A DNA stretch of 64,000 bases, taken from Candidatus Angelobacter sp. (GTDB taxonomy: Bacteria > Acidobacteriota > Terriglobia > Terriglobales > Acidobacteriaceae). A program made the position numbers and the translations under genes. Below the pieces are notes generated by a model. It saw nothing but the letters and a program-made list of their open reading frames with translations. It ran no database searches and had not been told where the DNA came from. The stretch is taken from contig DASXCL010000055.1 in assembly GCA_036491195.1 (NCBI GenBank), positions 23,994-87,993 of the forward strand, read 5' to 3'. Shown here piece after piece: positions 26,149 through 34,720 of this stretch. Each line of letters opens with the position of its first letter. Positions within the stretch are counted from its first letter, which is position 1.

Positions 26149-28191
26149 ATGTCGTTGTTCTTTATACGCTCCAACTCAATCTGCGCGGATCTGCGTATAT
26201 CTGCGGCGAAAGGGTTCTATGCTTACAATCTCTCTGTGGCCAAGCTGACTTTTGTCGTAGGAAAGGGTGGAGTAGGGAAGACGACCGTTTCCTGCGCGCT
26301 GGCCTTGCATCTTGCGGCGCGGCATCCCCGGCAATCGACGCTGCTCATGTCCACCGATCCGGCGCATTCGCTGGCCGACATGCTGGAGGTCAAAGACCAT
26401 GCGGGATCGCATCGGCTGGCTGGCGCAAAGGGCAAAGTTTCCGTCTGGCAGATTGATAGCGGCCGTGAATTCAACAAATTTCTTGAGGGCAATCGCGAAG
26501 GGATACTCAAGATTGTCGAAAATGGCACGTTCTTCAACCGTGAAGAAATCGCGCCGCTGCTTGATACCACGCTGCCGGGAATGTCCGAGGTTGCGGGTCT
26601 GCTGGCGCTGCGCGACATGCTGGAGAGCGGTGAGCACGATCACATCGTTGTGGATACCGCGCCGTTCGGCCATACGCTCCGCCTGTTCGAGTTGCCGGGA
26701 CACTTTCAGCGCTTCCTGAATTTTCTGGAAGTCGCTTCCAGCCGCGATAATCTGCTGGCGCAGCGCTTCGGCGGACGCAGGTCCAGTCCAGCACATGGCT
26801 TTCTGGAAAAATGGCAGGCCACGGTAAGGCAGGTGAAAGAAGCCTTCAGCGCGGAGCAGGCAGAAGTTCTGCTGGTGACTTCGCCCGAGACTTTTTCGTT
26901 GAACGAAGCAGTGCGCTGCGTTGATGCGCTGAAAGAATCTACTCCGGAGATGCGCCTGGGCGGAATCGTGCTGAATCGTGTCGTGCTCGATGAGAAAAAC
27001 TGCCCGCGCTGCCAGCAGCGCGCGCTCCAGGGGAAGCGCGCGGTTGAGTTTCTCAAGCGCAAATTTCCGCGAGTACCGCGGCTCATTGGCGTCGACCCCG
27101 GAAATCCGCTGCTGGGCGCTGCGCTGTTGCGCCGCTTTGGCGACACGGTCTTTGCCGGCGGTCGAGCCAACCTGGCGGCGCCCGCGCCCAAGCCGTCAAA
27201 ACAGAAATTGAAGTTCATCCGGACTAAATGGCCTGTGGCCGAAACGCGACTCTCATTTACGCTGGGCAAAGGCGGCGTCGGCAAAACCACGATCACGGCT
27301 GCGCTGGCCTTTCATTCCCGGTCTCTAAACAAAGATGTTCACATAACCGTATGTTCCACTGACCCAGCACCGTCGCTCGATGATATTTTCCAGAAAAAGA
27401 TCGGTGACCAGATGGTGCACGTCCTCAACGACTCCGGCCTTGGCGCGATGGAGATGGATGCGGTCTTTGAGTTTCGCCGCTGGGCGGCGCGCATCAAGCA
27501 ACAATTGTCCGCGGGCGCCAGCATGGAATCAGGCGGCTTGCATGTGGACCTCACGTTTGAGAAAGAAGTCTTCGCCGCATTGATGGACGTCGTGCCTCCC
27601 GGCGTGGACGAAGTTTTTGCCATCTTCCGCATCCTGGACCTGCTGGAAGCCAAACCGGGCAGCGTCTTGATTGATATGGCGCCCACGGGCCACGCACTGG
27701 AACTGTTGCGCATGCCAGAGCGAATTCTCTTGTGGTCACGCCTTTTATTGAAAAGCCTGGCTGCGCACCGTACACTAGCCCTCGCTCAGGATGTTGCGGT
27801 AGAACTGGCCAGACTGGGGCAGAGAATACGCAAACTGCTGGAAATGATGCGTGATCCGAAGCAGAGCAGGGCCTGGGCCGTGATGCTGCCGGAACCAGTG
27901 CCTGACCGGCAAACGCAACGGCTGCTGGCTGCGGTGAACGAAGTCGGCATCGCGGTGGATTCGCTTTTTGTGAACCGCGTGCTGCTGGAACCAGCGCCAT
28001 TGAAGGGAAAAACAGGCTGCATGCGCTGCCGGCGGGCGCAACAGTGGCAGATGGCCACCTTGCAGTTGTTGCGGCAGAAATATGGAGAGCATCGCTTGTA
28101 CCTGGCGCGGGAATTTCCCGCTGAGGTTGCGGGCGCGGCGAAATTGAAGAAATTTACCGGCGAGTTATGGCAAATTCAAACAGGAAAATAG
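26149..28191 (+). CDS. tandem-duplicated Get3/ArsA-family P-loop ATPase heading the gas-vesicle cluster
   Basis: Two homologous halves. Each has a GKGGVGKTT P-loop (aa ~39 and ~373), an STDPAHSL / STDPAPSL motif, a DTAPFGHTLRL / DMAPTGHALELL switch-II signature, and a CxxC (CPRC at 27001-27012; CMRC at 28018-28029) about 240-250 aa after its P-loop. The true start may be GTG 26236 (giving MAKLTFVVGKGG...). The 3' end overlaps the first gvpF/L gene by 25 nt. Confidence 0.85.
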   Translation: MSLFFIRSNSICADLRISAAKGFYAYNLSVAKLTFVVGKGGVGKTTVSCALALHLAARHPRQSTLLMSTDPAHSLADMLEVKDHAGSHRLAGAKGKVSVWQIDSGREFNKFLEGNREGILKIVENGTFFNREEIAPLLDTTLPGMSEVAGLLALRDMLESGEHDHIVVDTAPFGHTLRLFELPGHFQRFLNFLEVASSRDNLLAQRFGGRRSSPAHGFLEKWQATVRQVKEAFSAEQAEVLLVTSPETFSLNEAVRCVDALKESTPEMRLGGIVLNRVVLDEKNCPRCQQRALQGKRAVEFLKRKFPRVPRLIGVDPGNPLLGAALLRRFGDTVFAGGRANLAAPAPKPSKQKLKFIRTKWPVAETRLSFTLGKGGVGKTTITAALAFHSRSLNKDVHITVCSTDPAPSLDDIFQKKIGDQMVHVLNDSGLGAMEMDAVFEFRRWAARIKQQLSAGASMESGGLHVDLTFEKEVFAALMDVVPPGVDEVFAIFRILDLLEAKPGSVLIDMAPTGHALELLRMPERILLWSRLLLKSLAAHRTLALAQDVAVELARLGQRIRKLLEMMRDPKQSRAWAVMLPEPVPDRQTQRLLAAVNEVGIAVDSLFVNRVLLEPAPLKGKTGCMRCRRAQQWQMATLQLLRQKYGEHRLYLAREFPAEVAGAAKLKKFTGELWQIQTGK

Positions 28192-28943
28192 CCGCGAACG
28201 CTCTTTATCTTTACGGGATATCCCTGCGTCCTGAAGGGAAAGCGGGCAAGCCGGCCAAAAACCTGGGGAAGATCGGCAGCGCGGGAATTGACGGCGTGCA
28301 TGCGGTCCGGCCGCTGGGCTGCGGAGAATTTATCTGCTGGGTATGCGAGGTTGACCAGGTCAGCTTCGCGGCGGCCGTTGAAAGCAACATGGAAAATCTA
28401 GAGTGGCTGGCGCTGCATGGAGTACGCCACCAGCAGGTAGTAGGCGAAGTAGCCGAGCAAACCAGCATTGTGCCAGCCCGGTTTGGCACCGTCTTTTCCG
28501 GCGAGCCCGCCCTGGTGCAGGATGTCCAGGGCAGAAAGGCGGCGCTCAAAAAGGTTTTCGCCCGCGTGGCCGGCGGCGATGAATGGGGCGTAAAAGTATT
28601 TGCGGAGCGCCAGGCGCCGGTCGCGCTGCCGGAAGCGAGGTCGGGCAAAGAATATTTGCAGCAGAAAGCCGCGCGTCTGAAGAAACGCCCGGAACGTAAT
28701 GATCGGGAACTACAGGAACTGGCAACGGCGTTGGGAAAGATTGCGACGGATTCAGCGCCCAGCGGCAAGGTCAGCGGAGCGCAACCCAATCTGTTGTGGC
28801 AGGCGACGTTTCTGGTGCCCCGCGCCAAACGCAAGCAGTGGGACCAGGTCCTGAAGAATTTTGTGGAGAGGTGGGACGAGCAGCGGCGCATCGAAGTAAA
28901 TGGGCCGTGGCCGCCGTACTCGTTTGTCTCTGATGCCGACTGA
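28167..28943 (+). CDS. gas vesicle protein GvpF/GvpL family (paralogue 1)
   Basis: 258 aa. ALYLYGI start, HQQVVGEVAEQTSIVPARFGTVF, EWGVKVF, and C-terminal NGPWPPYSFV, all typical of GvpF/L. Confidence 0.85.
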   Translation: MANSNRKIAANALYLYGISLRPEGKAGKPAKNLGKIGSAGIDGVHAVRPLGCGEFICWVCEVDQVSFAAAVESNMENLEWLALHGVRHQQVVGEVAEQTSIVPARFGTVFSGEPALVQDVQGRKAALKKVFARVAGGDEWGVKVFAERQAPVALPEARSGKEYLQQKAARLKKRPERNDRELQELATALGKIATDSAPSGKVSGAQPNLLWQATFLVPRAKRKQWDQVLKNFVERWDEQRRIEVNGPWPPYSFVSDAD

Positions 28944-29157
28944 TTTCGAATCCGTGGAAGTCCTGGGAGGCGGAGAAGATGAAATTTCTCTGCTGGAAAT
29001 CCTGGACCATGTTCTGAATTCCGGGGTAGTGATCCACGGTTCGCTGGTGATCTCACTGGCCGGCGTGGATCTGGTGTATCTGGGGCTGAACGTGGTACTT
29101 ACCTCTGTGGAGACGGCGCTGAGCAATCTGCAGATCGAAGAGAAGCGGAAGAAGTGA
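28933..29157 (+). CDS. GvpA-family minor gas vesicle protein (GvpS/GvpM-like)
   Basis: 74 aa from the internal ATG 28933 (11-nt overlap with the upstream gene). ISLLEILDHVLNSGVVIHGSLVISLAGVDLVYLGLNVVLTSVETA matches the Gas_vesicle (GvpA/J/M/S) core pattern. Confidence 0.75.
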   Translation: MPTDFESVEVLGGGEDEISLLEILDHVLNSGVVIHGSLVISLAGVDLVYLGLNVVLTSVETALSNLQIEEKRKK

Positions 29158-29828
29158 GCCGCATTCTGGCATATTGCGCCTTTCGGCATGCTGCGGAACT
29201 CACTATGCCTTTGTTCGGCGTCAACGCCGCATCCGTGCAGGCGGCATCCTCAGGCCATCTGAGCCTGCTGTGGTCTGAGGTAGAGTGGCCGTTCGATCCG
29301 GAGCGAATGCAAAAAAGCGCTGTGGAGTTTCACGGGGTTGTGCACCAGGTCTTCCGCCAGGCTGCGGTCGTCCCTTTCCGGCTGCTTTCGGTATTCGACG
29401 ATCTGCAGGCATTGAAGGCATTTTTCGAGAAGAACCAGGCGCGTTTCCTGGAGGATCTGGAACGGTTAAACGCGGTTGTGCAGATGGAGTGTGTTGTGTA
29501 TCCGCTCCCAACTCGAGTGCAACCCGCCAAGAGCTCTGGCAGAGAATACCTCGAGCAGAAGGCTGTGGCGTTGCGCTCAGCAGAAGGTTTTGCGCAAGCC
29601 GTGCGAGCCGCGTTGACTCATTTGAGCAGGGAAGTGCGGGTGCGTGAAGCAAAGAATGGAACGCGTATCTTCGTATTGATTGACCGAGGCCGCGAGAGCG
29701 ATTTTCGCCAGGCGGTAAGCGCCGTGGCAATACCCGAACATCTATCGCGGCGCGTCAGCGGCCCCTGGCCCGCGGCGGAATTTCTGAGTGAGCAGGTCAA
29801 AATGCCGCAGACTGCCGGTGAAAAATGA
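29154..29828 (+). CDS. gas vesicle protein GvpF/GvpL family (paralogue 2)
   Basis: 224 aa with a GTG start in a GTGA overlap with the upstream stop. AVEFHGVVHQVFRQAAVVPFRLLSVF..., ...ECVVY..., EYLEQKA, and C-terminal SGPWPAAEF. Confidence 0.7.
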   Translation: MSRILAYCAFRHAAELTMPLFGVNAASVQAASSGHLSLLWSEVEWPFDPERMQKSAVEFHGVVHQVFRQAAVVPFRLLSVFDDLQALKAFFEKNQARFLEDLERLNAVVQMECVVYPLPTRVQPAKSSGREYLEQKAVALRSAEGFAQAVRAALTHLSREVRVREAKNGTRIFVLIDRGRESDFRQAVSAVAIPEHLSRRVSGPWPAAEFLSEQVKMPQTAGEK

Positions 29829-30184
29829 CGGACTTGCGGAAAATTACGCCCCAGGAGATCGCCGCGGCTGTCTCAGAGATGAACCGCGAACTCAAGGCCG
29901 TGGGCGAAGGCGCCATCGACCGGATTGACTGCTCGCCGGAGAACATTGAGCAGGGACTTGCGAGGCTGGTGCTCAGCCTGGTTGAGTTGCTGCGCCGTCT
30001 GCTGGAGCGGCAGGCGATCCGAAGGATGGAGGGCGGTTCTCTCGGGAATGCCAAAGTTGAGGAGATGGGCCAGGCTCTGATGCGTCTTGAAGCCAAGGTG
30101 AATGAACTGGCTGCGGCTTTTGGCCTGAAGCCGGAAGACCTCAACCTGGAACTTGGTCCATTGGGGAACCTGCTGGACAAGTAA
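29825..30184 (+). CDS. gvpK: gas vesicle protein GvpK
   Basis: 119 aa with an ATGA overlap with the upstream gene. GLARLVLSLVELLRRLLERQAIRRMEGGSL ... EDLNLELGPLGNLL matches the conserved GvpK core. Confidence 0.85.
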   Translation: MTDLRKITPQEIAAAVSEMNRELKAVGEGAIDRIDCSPENIEQGLARLVLSLVELLRRLLERQAIRRMEGGSLGNAKVEEMGQALMRLEAKVNELAAAFGLKPEDLNLELGPLGNLLDK

Positions 30185-30329
30185 TTCTCAACCGGTTTCC
30201 AGCCCAGGGGCAAGAACGATTTTTTCAGGCGAAGCGGCAACCTTTTTAAAACAGGTACGCATCATAGACGTACACGCTGGCTCCTCCCCCTTCCGGATTT
30301 TCATAAGCCAGCGAAAAAGTGGGCAAAAG

Positions 30330-30358
30330 TTGACAGTTTCAGATGGGCTGGTTAGGAT
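30330..30358 (+). promoter_or_regulatory. candidate sigma70-type internal promoter for gvpJ-gvpA
   Basis: TTGACA (30330-30335), 17-nt spacer, TAGGAT (30353-30358). It is located in the only sizeable gap (242 nt) of the cluster, about 70 nt upstream of the gvpJ ATG. Confidence 0.45.
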
Positions 30359-30426
30359 GCGATGACACGGGTCGTTTGCGGATATCCTAATCCCATGCGA
30401 TCTCCTCTGAATTTTCCCGAGATATT

Positions 30427-30747
30427 ATGCAAAGAGTTCCTTCGGTTTCCGGAACAGCCAACCTGCTCGATATTCTTGATCGAGTCCTCGATAAGGGACT
30501 CGTGATCGCGGGCGACATACGCGTTTCGCTGGCGAACGTGGAGTTGCTGACGATCCGCATACGCTTGCTTATCTGTTCTGTCGATAAGGCTGAAGCCATA
30601 GGTCTCAATTGGTGGAAGTACGACCCCAATCTCACCGCGCCAGCGTCTGAAAAAGTGGTACGGCGAGCCCAGTTGCCGGGGGCGCCGCCAGGGGCCAGTG
30701 TGCCGAGCCGCAGCAAGGCCGCTGTTCGTGCAAAACGCGTGAAGTGA
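30427..30747 (+). CDS. gvpJ: gas vesicle protein GvpJ
   Basis: 106 aa. [53 protein letters not shown] is a GvpJ-type Gas_vesicle domain with a C-terminal extension. Confidence 0.85.
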   Translation: MQRVPSVSGTANLLDILDRVLDKGLVIAGDIRVSLANVELLTIRIRLLICSVDKAEAIGLNWWKYDPNLTAPASEKVVRRAQLPGAPPGASVPSRSKAAVRAKRVK

Positions 30748-30778
30748 GCCGATCGATATTAATGAAGGAGGCCCTCGA

Positions 30779-31081
30779 ATGGCCGTTGAAAGAGTTTCCG
30801 GCGGATCAAGTTTAATCGATGTCCTGGATCGAGTACTCGACAAAGGCATCGTTATTGATGCCTGGGTCCGCATCTCGCTGGTCGGTATTGACTTGATCAC
30901 GGTTGAAGCGCGCGTTGTCGTCGCGTCGATTGATACCTATCTCAAGTATGCCGACGCTGTCGGTCTTACTGGCTTGGTCTCCCGCCCGACCCTGGGTGAA
31001 GGCGGCGCCGAAGGTGAAGAACAAGGAGAACTGGGTGAGGTCAGGCCACGTACACCACGTGCACCCCGCCGCCGGCGGTAA
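30779..31081 (+). CDS. gvpA: major gas vesicle structural protein GvpA, with charged C-terminal extension
   Basis: 100 aa. [55 protein letters not shown] is a near-consensus GvpA core, followed by about 35 extra residues ([28 protein letters not shown]). Confidence 0.9.
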   Translation: MAVERVSGGSSLIDVLDRVLDKGIVIDAWVRISLVGIDLITVEARVVVASIDTYLKYADAVGLTGLVSRPTLGEGGAEGEEQGELGEVRPRTPRAPRRRR

Positions 31082-31102
31082 GGCCTGGTCTTGGGGGCAC
31101 GC

Positions 31103-33220
31103 ATGGCTACGGCCCAAATCCGCTTTAACTCCGCGCGCATGAACGGGCGGCGGACAACGCAGCCCCGACGTCCTGCGGTGCTTCGCCTGTTTCAGGCTGA
31201 GCGCTCGGAGGAGATATTCCCGCTTTTGCTGGAAGAGATTGTCGCTCTCGGCCATCCCCGCGCCCTGGTAGTCGACGTGAACCTGGAGAGCGGCGAGGTG
31301 TCGCCGGCCGCGGCGCTGAAGTGGCCTCGAGCGCAGATGGATAAGTTCACCAGCGCGCTCTGGATGCAGGAGCACCCTCTTGTCAGTATCCTTCACGCCG
31401 CGCGGCCTGAAGTTCTCGGCAAGAGCACTCTGCATAACCGGCCAATCTACATTCATCCCATCCTTTACTCCAACCGCAATCTTTGCTGGGAAGCTGACCG
31501 TATCCGCACCTCCAGTTGCCTGGCGGTCCAGAATTTCCACCGGGAAAAGCGCGTCCGGCTGGAAGACCAGGTTTGCTCCACCTGTGAGATGCGGGCTTAC
31601 GCGGCCGCGGTCATCGTGGAATTGCCCAAGGGCTATACCGAACAGCGGGTCGCCGAACTGGGCGAGTTGATGGATCTCGCCAACCGGTATCTCTCGCGCT
31701 TATTCAAGGTTGAGCACTATTACAACCGCATGCGGGATATGGAAATCACCATCGCGCAAATGGGTACCGTGATGCAGAGCATGGCCGATCCGGTCATTCT
31801 CACTGACACCCAGCATCGCGTGATCATGCAGAATAAAGCGGCAGAGCGCTTCTTCCGCGTCCCCGACGAAATGACCGAAGGTCTGGTGCGCGCGGTTGAG
31901 TTCAATAATCTCCTTTTCTCCGCGGCACTCTCTTCCATGCTGGTTTCCGGCAGCGATTCCCACCGCGACCTCACGCTGGTGGACGCCATTGAAGGCGAAG
32001 AAATGCTTTTTGAAGCCGTCTCCGCCCCCACCTACGGGCCTGACGGCATCCAGCTGGGAACGGTCACCGTGATGCGTGACGTTACCGATCTCCGTCGCGC
32101 CGACCAGGAATTGCGCCTCAATTACGAAAGGCTGAGCGAAGCTGAAGAAGTAGTCCGCCAGGACCGCGACCGCCTCAACGTGATCATCGAAAACGTCGGC
32201 GATCCTATTGTGGTTTGTGACGGCAAGGCCAAGATCGTTCTGGTGGACCCGCTGGCCCAGGAATTATTCGGGGCCGAAGCCGACGTGGTGCGCGATACCA
32301 TCCAGTTCCAGAACCAAACCAAGCTCACTGCATTTATTGATGCTTTTACGGCCTCCTTTGCCGATCGCGAAACGGCGCCCTTGCGGTTGTTCAATCCCGC
32401 GCTGCGGCAGGAGATTGAATATGACGCGCGTTCCGGCAAAATCTTTGGTGAGCGCGGCCAGGTTTCCTATACCGTGACCGTGCTGCGCGACCTTACTGCC
32501 TTGCGCAGGGTGGAGCAGCTCAAGGTCGAGCGGCGCATGCTGGAAATCGAAAAATTCGCCGCCACTGGCAGATTGGCCGCCACCATTGCCCATGAGGTCA
32601 ATAACCCCATGGAGGCCATCAAGAACGCCATTTATCTGCTGGCCAGCGCGATCCCGGAAAATGCGTCGCCGGTCTACAACATTTTGAAGTCGGAAACCGA
32701 GCGGGTGGCGCGTATTGTCCGCCAGATGCTGGGACTTTACCGCAACACCGAACAGGTCAAGCCGGTCAACGTTAATACGATCATTGAGGACACGCTGCTG
32801 CTGCTCAACCGGCAGCTCCAGCGGGCGAACGTCGAAGTGCAGACCCAGTTGGAAGTGTTGCCCGATGCCGTAATTGCCGCCGACCAGATCCGCCAGGTGC
32901 TTTCCAACCTGGTGATTAATGCCCGCGACGCCATGCCCAACGGCGGCAAGCTCCGCATCCGCAGCCGCCACATTCCCGGATATGACGATCTGCATGGCTG
33001 GGTGCGGATTCTGATCGCCGATACCGGCTCCGGAATTCCGCCGGAAATGATCCGTACCATTTTTGAGCCCTTCGTCACCACCAAGGGTGAAAGAGGCACC
33101 GGCCTGGGCCTGTGGATCGTCAAGGGAATTATCCAGAACCATGCCGGCAAGCTCTCAGTCAAGAGCCGGGTGGGCCGGGGCACGACTTTCAAGATTGATT
33201 TGCCCGTCGTAAAATTGTGA
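31103..33220 (+). CDS. cytoplasmic sensor histidine kinase (N-terminal Cys-containing sensory domain, 2 PAS-like domains, HisKA, HATPase_c)
   Basis: ATG at 31103, 22 nt after the gvpA stop. No TM helices. PAS-like blocks (ADPVILTDTQHRVIMQNKAAERFF; GDPIVVCDGKAKIVLVDPLAQELF). H-box ATIAHEVNNPMEAI. N/G boxes NLVINARDAM, DTGSGIP, GTGLGLWIV. Confidence 0.85.
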   Translation: MATAQIRFNSARMNGRRTTQPRRPAVLRLFQAERSEEIFPLLLEEIVALGHPRALVVDVNLESGEVSPAAALKWPRAQMDKFTSALWMQEHPLVSILHAARPEVLGKSTLHNRPIYIHPILYSNRNLCWEADRIRTSSCLAVQNFHREKRVRLEDQVCSTCEMRAYAAAVIVELPKGYTEQRVAELGELMDLANRYLSRLFKVEHYYNRMRDMEITIAQMGTVMQSMADPVILTDTQHRVIMQNKAAERFFRVPDEMTEGLVRAVEFNNLLFSAALSSMLVSGSDSHRDLTLVDAIEGEEMLFEAVSAPTYGPDGIQLGTVTVMRDVTDLRRADQELRLNYERLSEAEEVVRQDRDRLNVIIENVGDPIVVCDGKAKIVLVDPLAQELFGAEADVVRDTIQFQNQTKLTAFIDAFTASFADRETAPLRLFNPALRQEIEYDARSGKIFGERGQVSYTVTVLRDLTALRRVEQLKVERRMLEIEKFAATGRLAATIAHEVNNPMEAIKNAIYLLASAIPENASPVYNILKSETERVARIVRQMLGLYRNTEQVKPVNVNTIIEDTLLLLNRQLQRANVEVQTQLEVLPDAVIAADQIRQVLSNLVINARDAMPNGGKLRIRSRHIPGYDDLHGWVRILIADTGSGIPPEMIRTIFEPFVTTKGERGTGLGLWIVKGIIQNHAGKLSVKSRVGRGTTFKIDLPVVKL

Positions 33221-33657
33221 GTGCCGACCGCAAATACCGCGTGCTGGTAGTGGACGACGAAGCTGCCGTCCTGCTTACTTACCGCCTCATCCTTGAACGG
33301 CAGGGCTATGAGGTGGTGGCATGCGGCACTTCGGTGCAGGCCATTGCGGCTGTGCAGAAAGAGCGGTTTGATGTTGTTCTATGCGACTATTCTCTGGAAG
33401 AGCAGCATACGGGGTTCGAAGTAATCTCAGCGGCTAGAAAGCTGGATCACGAGGTGCCGGCGGCCCTGCTTACGGGATACGCTACCAAGGAAACGGCCGA
33501 TGAAGCGGCCAGCCGGGGCATCGGCGTGATGTTCAAGCCGATCGAGATTGAAGAATTTTTGGCCACCACCTCCACTATGGTGAGGAGAGACAATGAGCCC
33601 AAGCAAGAAGGCGGGGAAAAAGACAACCACGCTCCGCAAAACGAACACCAAGGCTGA
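33217..33657 (+). CDS. stand-alone response regulator receiver protein
   Basis: 146 aa with a GTG start in a GTGA overlap with the kinase stop. VLVVDDE, VLCDYSL (acceptor Asp context) and MFKP are present. There is no output domain. Confidence 0.85.
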   Translation: MSADRKYRVLVVDDEAAVLLTYRLILERQGYEVVACGTSVQAIAAVQKERFDVVLCDYSLEEQHTGFEVISAARKLDHEVPAALLTGYATKETADEAASRGIGVMFKPIEIEEFLATTSTMVRRDNEPKQEGGEKDNHAPQNEHQG

Positions 33658-34495
33658 ACCGGCGACAGCGTTGCTGGACCTTGTGCCTCCGCCATCCGTC
33701 CAGAAGGCCGAGTCGCCCAGGAGCGGGCAGCAGCAGGAAGGCCGCTACGTCTACGGTGTGATCGAATCGCGCGCCCCGGTCGGCTTTGGACGCAGCAGTA
33801 TCGGCGGCGTCAATGAAGCCGTATACACCGTGCACTATGGCGATATCGCGGCCGTGGTCAGCCGCACTCCTGTTTTTATCTTTGATCCCACGCGCGACAA
33901 CGCCCTGGCCCATGAGCACGTCATCGAATCGGTGATGAAAAATTACACCATCATTCCCATGAGCTTTGGCACGGTTTTCCGCACGGACGACGATATCCGC
34001 GAAGTGCTCAAAAGCATTTACTCGTCGCTCAAAGACGTGCTCAAGCAGATGACCGGCAAGCTGGAGTTTGGCCTGAAAGTCACCTGGGACCGCGACCGCA
34101 TTATCGAAGAGTTACAGCGGGAGCATGATGAGATCCACCGCTTCCACCAGGAACTCACCCGCAAGCACTTGCAGTCGACGTATTTCGCCCGCATGCAGCT
34201 GGGCCGCATGATCGATAAAGCCCTGGCAGAACTTGCAGCCAATTACGTCCGTGAAATTTACGACGGCCTGCGCGCCGTCTGCGTGGCCTCCCGTGACAAC
34301 AAGCCCATCGGCGACAAGATGATCATGAACGCCGCCTTTTTGATTCAGAAAGCGCGCGAAGCCGAGTTTGACGCCGCCGTGAACCACGTCGCCCAGAAGT
34401 TCGGCGACCGGCTGAATTTCAAATATACCGGCCCATGGCCGCCGTACAATTTCGTGAACATCCGCCTGAAACTGGAGCGCGGCGGGCAGGGGTAA
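33593..34495 (+). CDS. gas vesicle protein GvpF/GvpL family (paralogue 3)
   Basis: 300 aa. RYVYGVIES, VHYGDIAAVVS, HEHVIESVMKNYTIIPMSFGTVF, LEFGLKVTWD, and C-terminal YTGPWPPYNFV. ATG 33593 overlaps the receiver gene by 65 nt; in-frame TTG 33671 or GTG 33683 would avoid the overlap. Confidence 0.85.
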   Translation: MSPSKKAGKKTTTLRKTNTKAEPATALLDLVPPPSVQKAESPRSGQQQEGRYVYGVIESRAPVGFGRSSIGGVNEAVYTVHYGDIAAVVSRTPVFIFDPTRDNALAHEHVIESVMKNYTIIPMSFGTVFRTDDDIREVLKSIYSSLKDVLKQMTGKLEFGLKVTWDRDRIIEELQREHDEIHRFHQELTRKHLQSTYFARMQLGRMIDKALAELAANYVREIYDGLRAVCVASRDNKPIGDKMIMNAAFLIQKAREAEFDAAVNHVAQKFGDRLNFKYTGPWPPYNFVNIRLKLERGGQG

Positions 34496-34720
34496 GAACT
34501 TACCACTGAGGGCACTGATCGGAGAAGGCAGAAAAAGCTTACTGCGGATTTTCGGATGATCGCGGATCAGAAGTTTTGCCGCGAATGAATGCAAAACGCG
34601 CGAATAAAGGAAAGCCTAAGCACCGCAGGCGCGAAACAAAGGTAGCCCAGCACGAGCGCTGGGTAAGCGAGATATGATTGGAAAGCCCCACAGGGCGACA
34701 CCACCTCCGGAGAAATATAA

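Noticed and set aside
26149-28191. Interpretation of the tandem ATPase as an arsenite-efflux ArsA (arsenic resistance)
   Set aside because: No arsR, arsB, acr3, arsC or arsD genes are in the window. The gene is translationally coupled to gvpF/L. It also carries Get3-style CxxC motifs in both halves. Arsenic resistance is therefore not the favoured reading, though it is not excluded without biochemical data.
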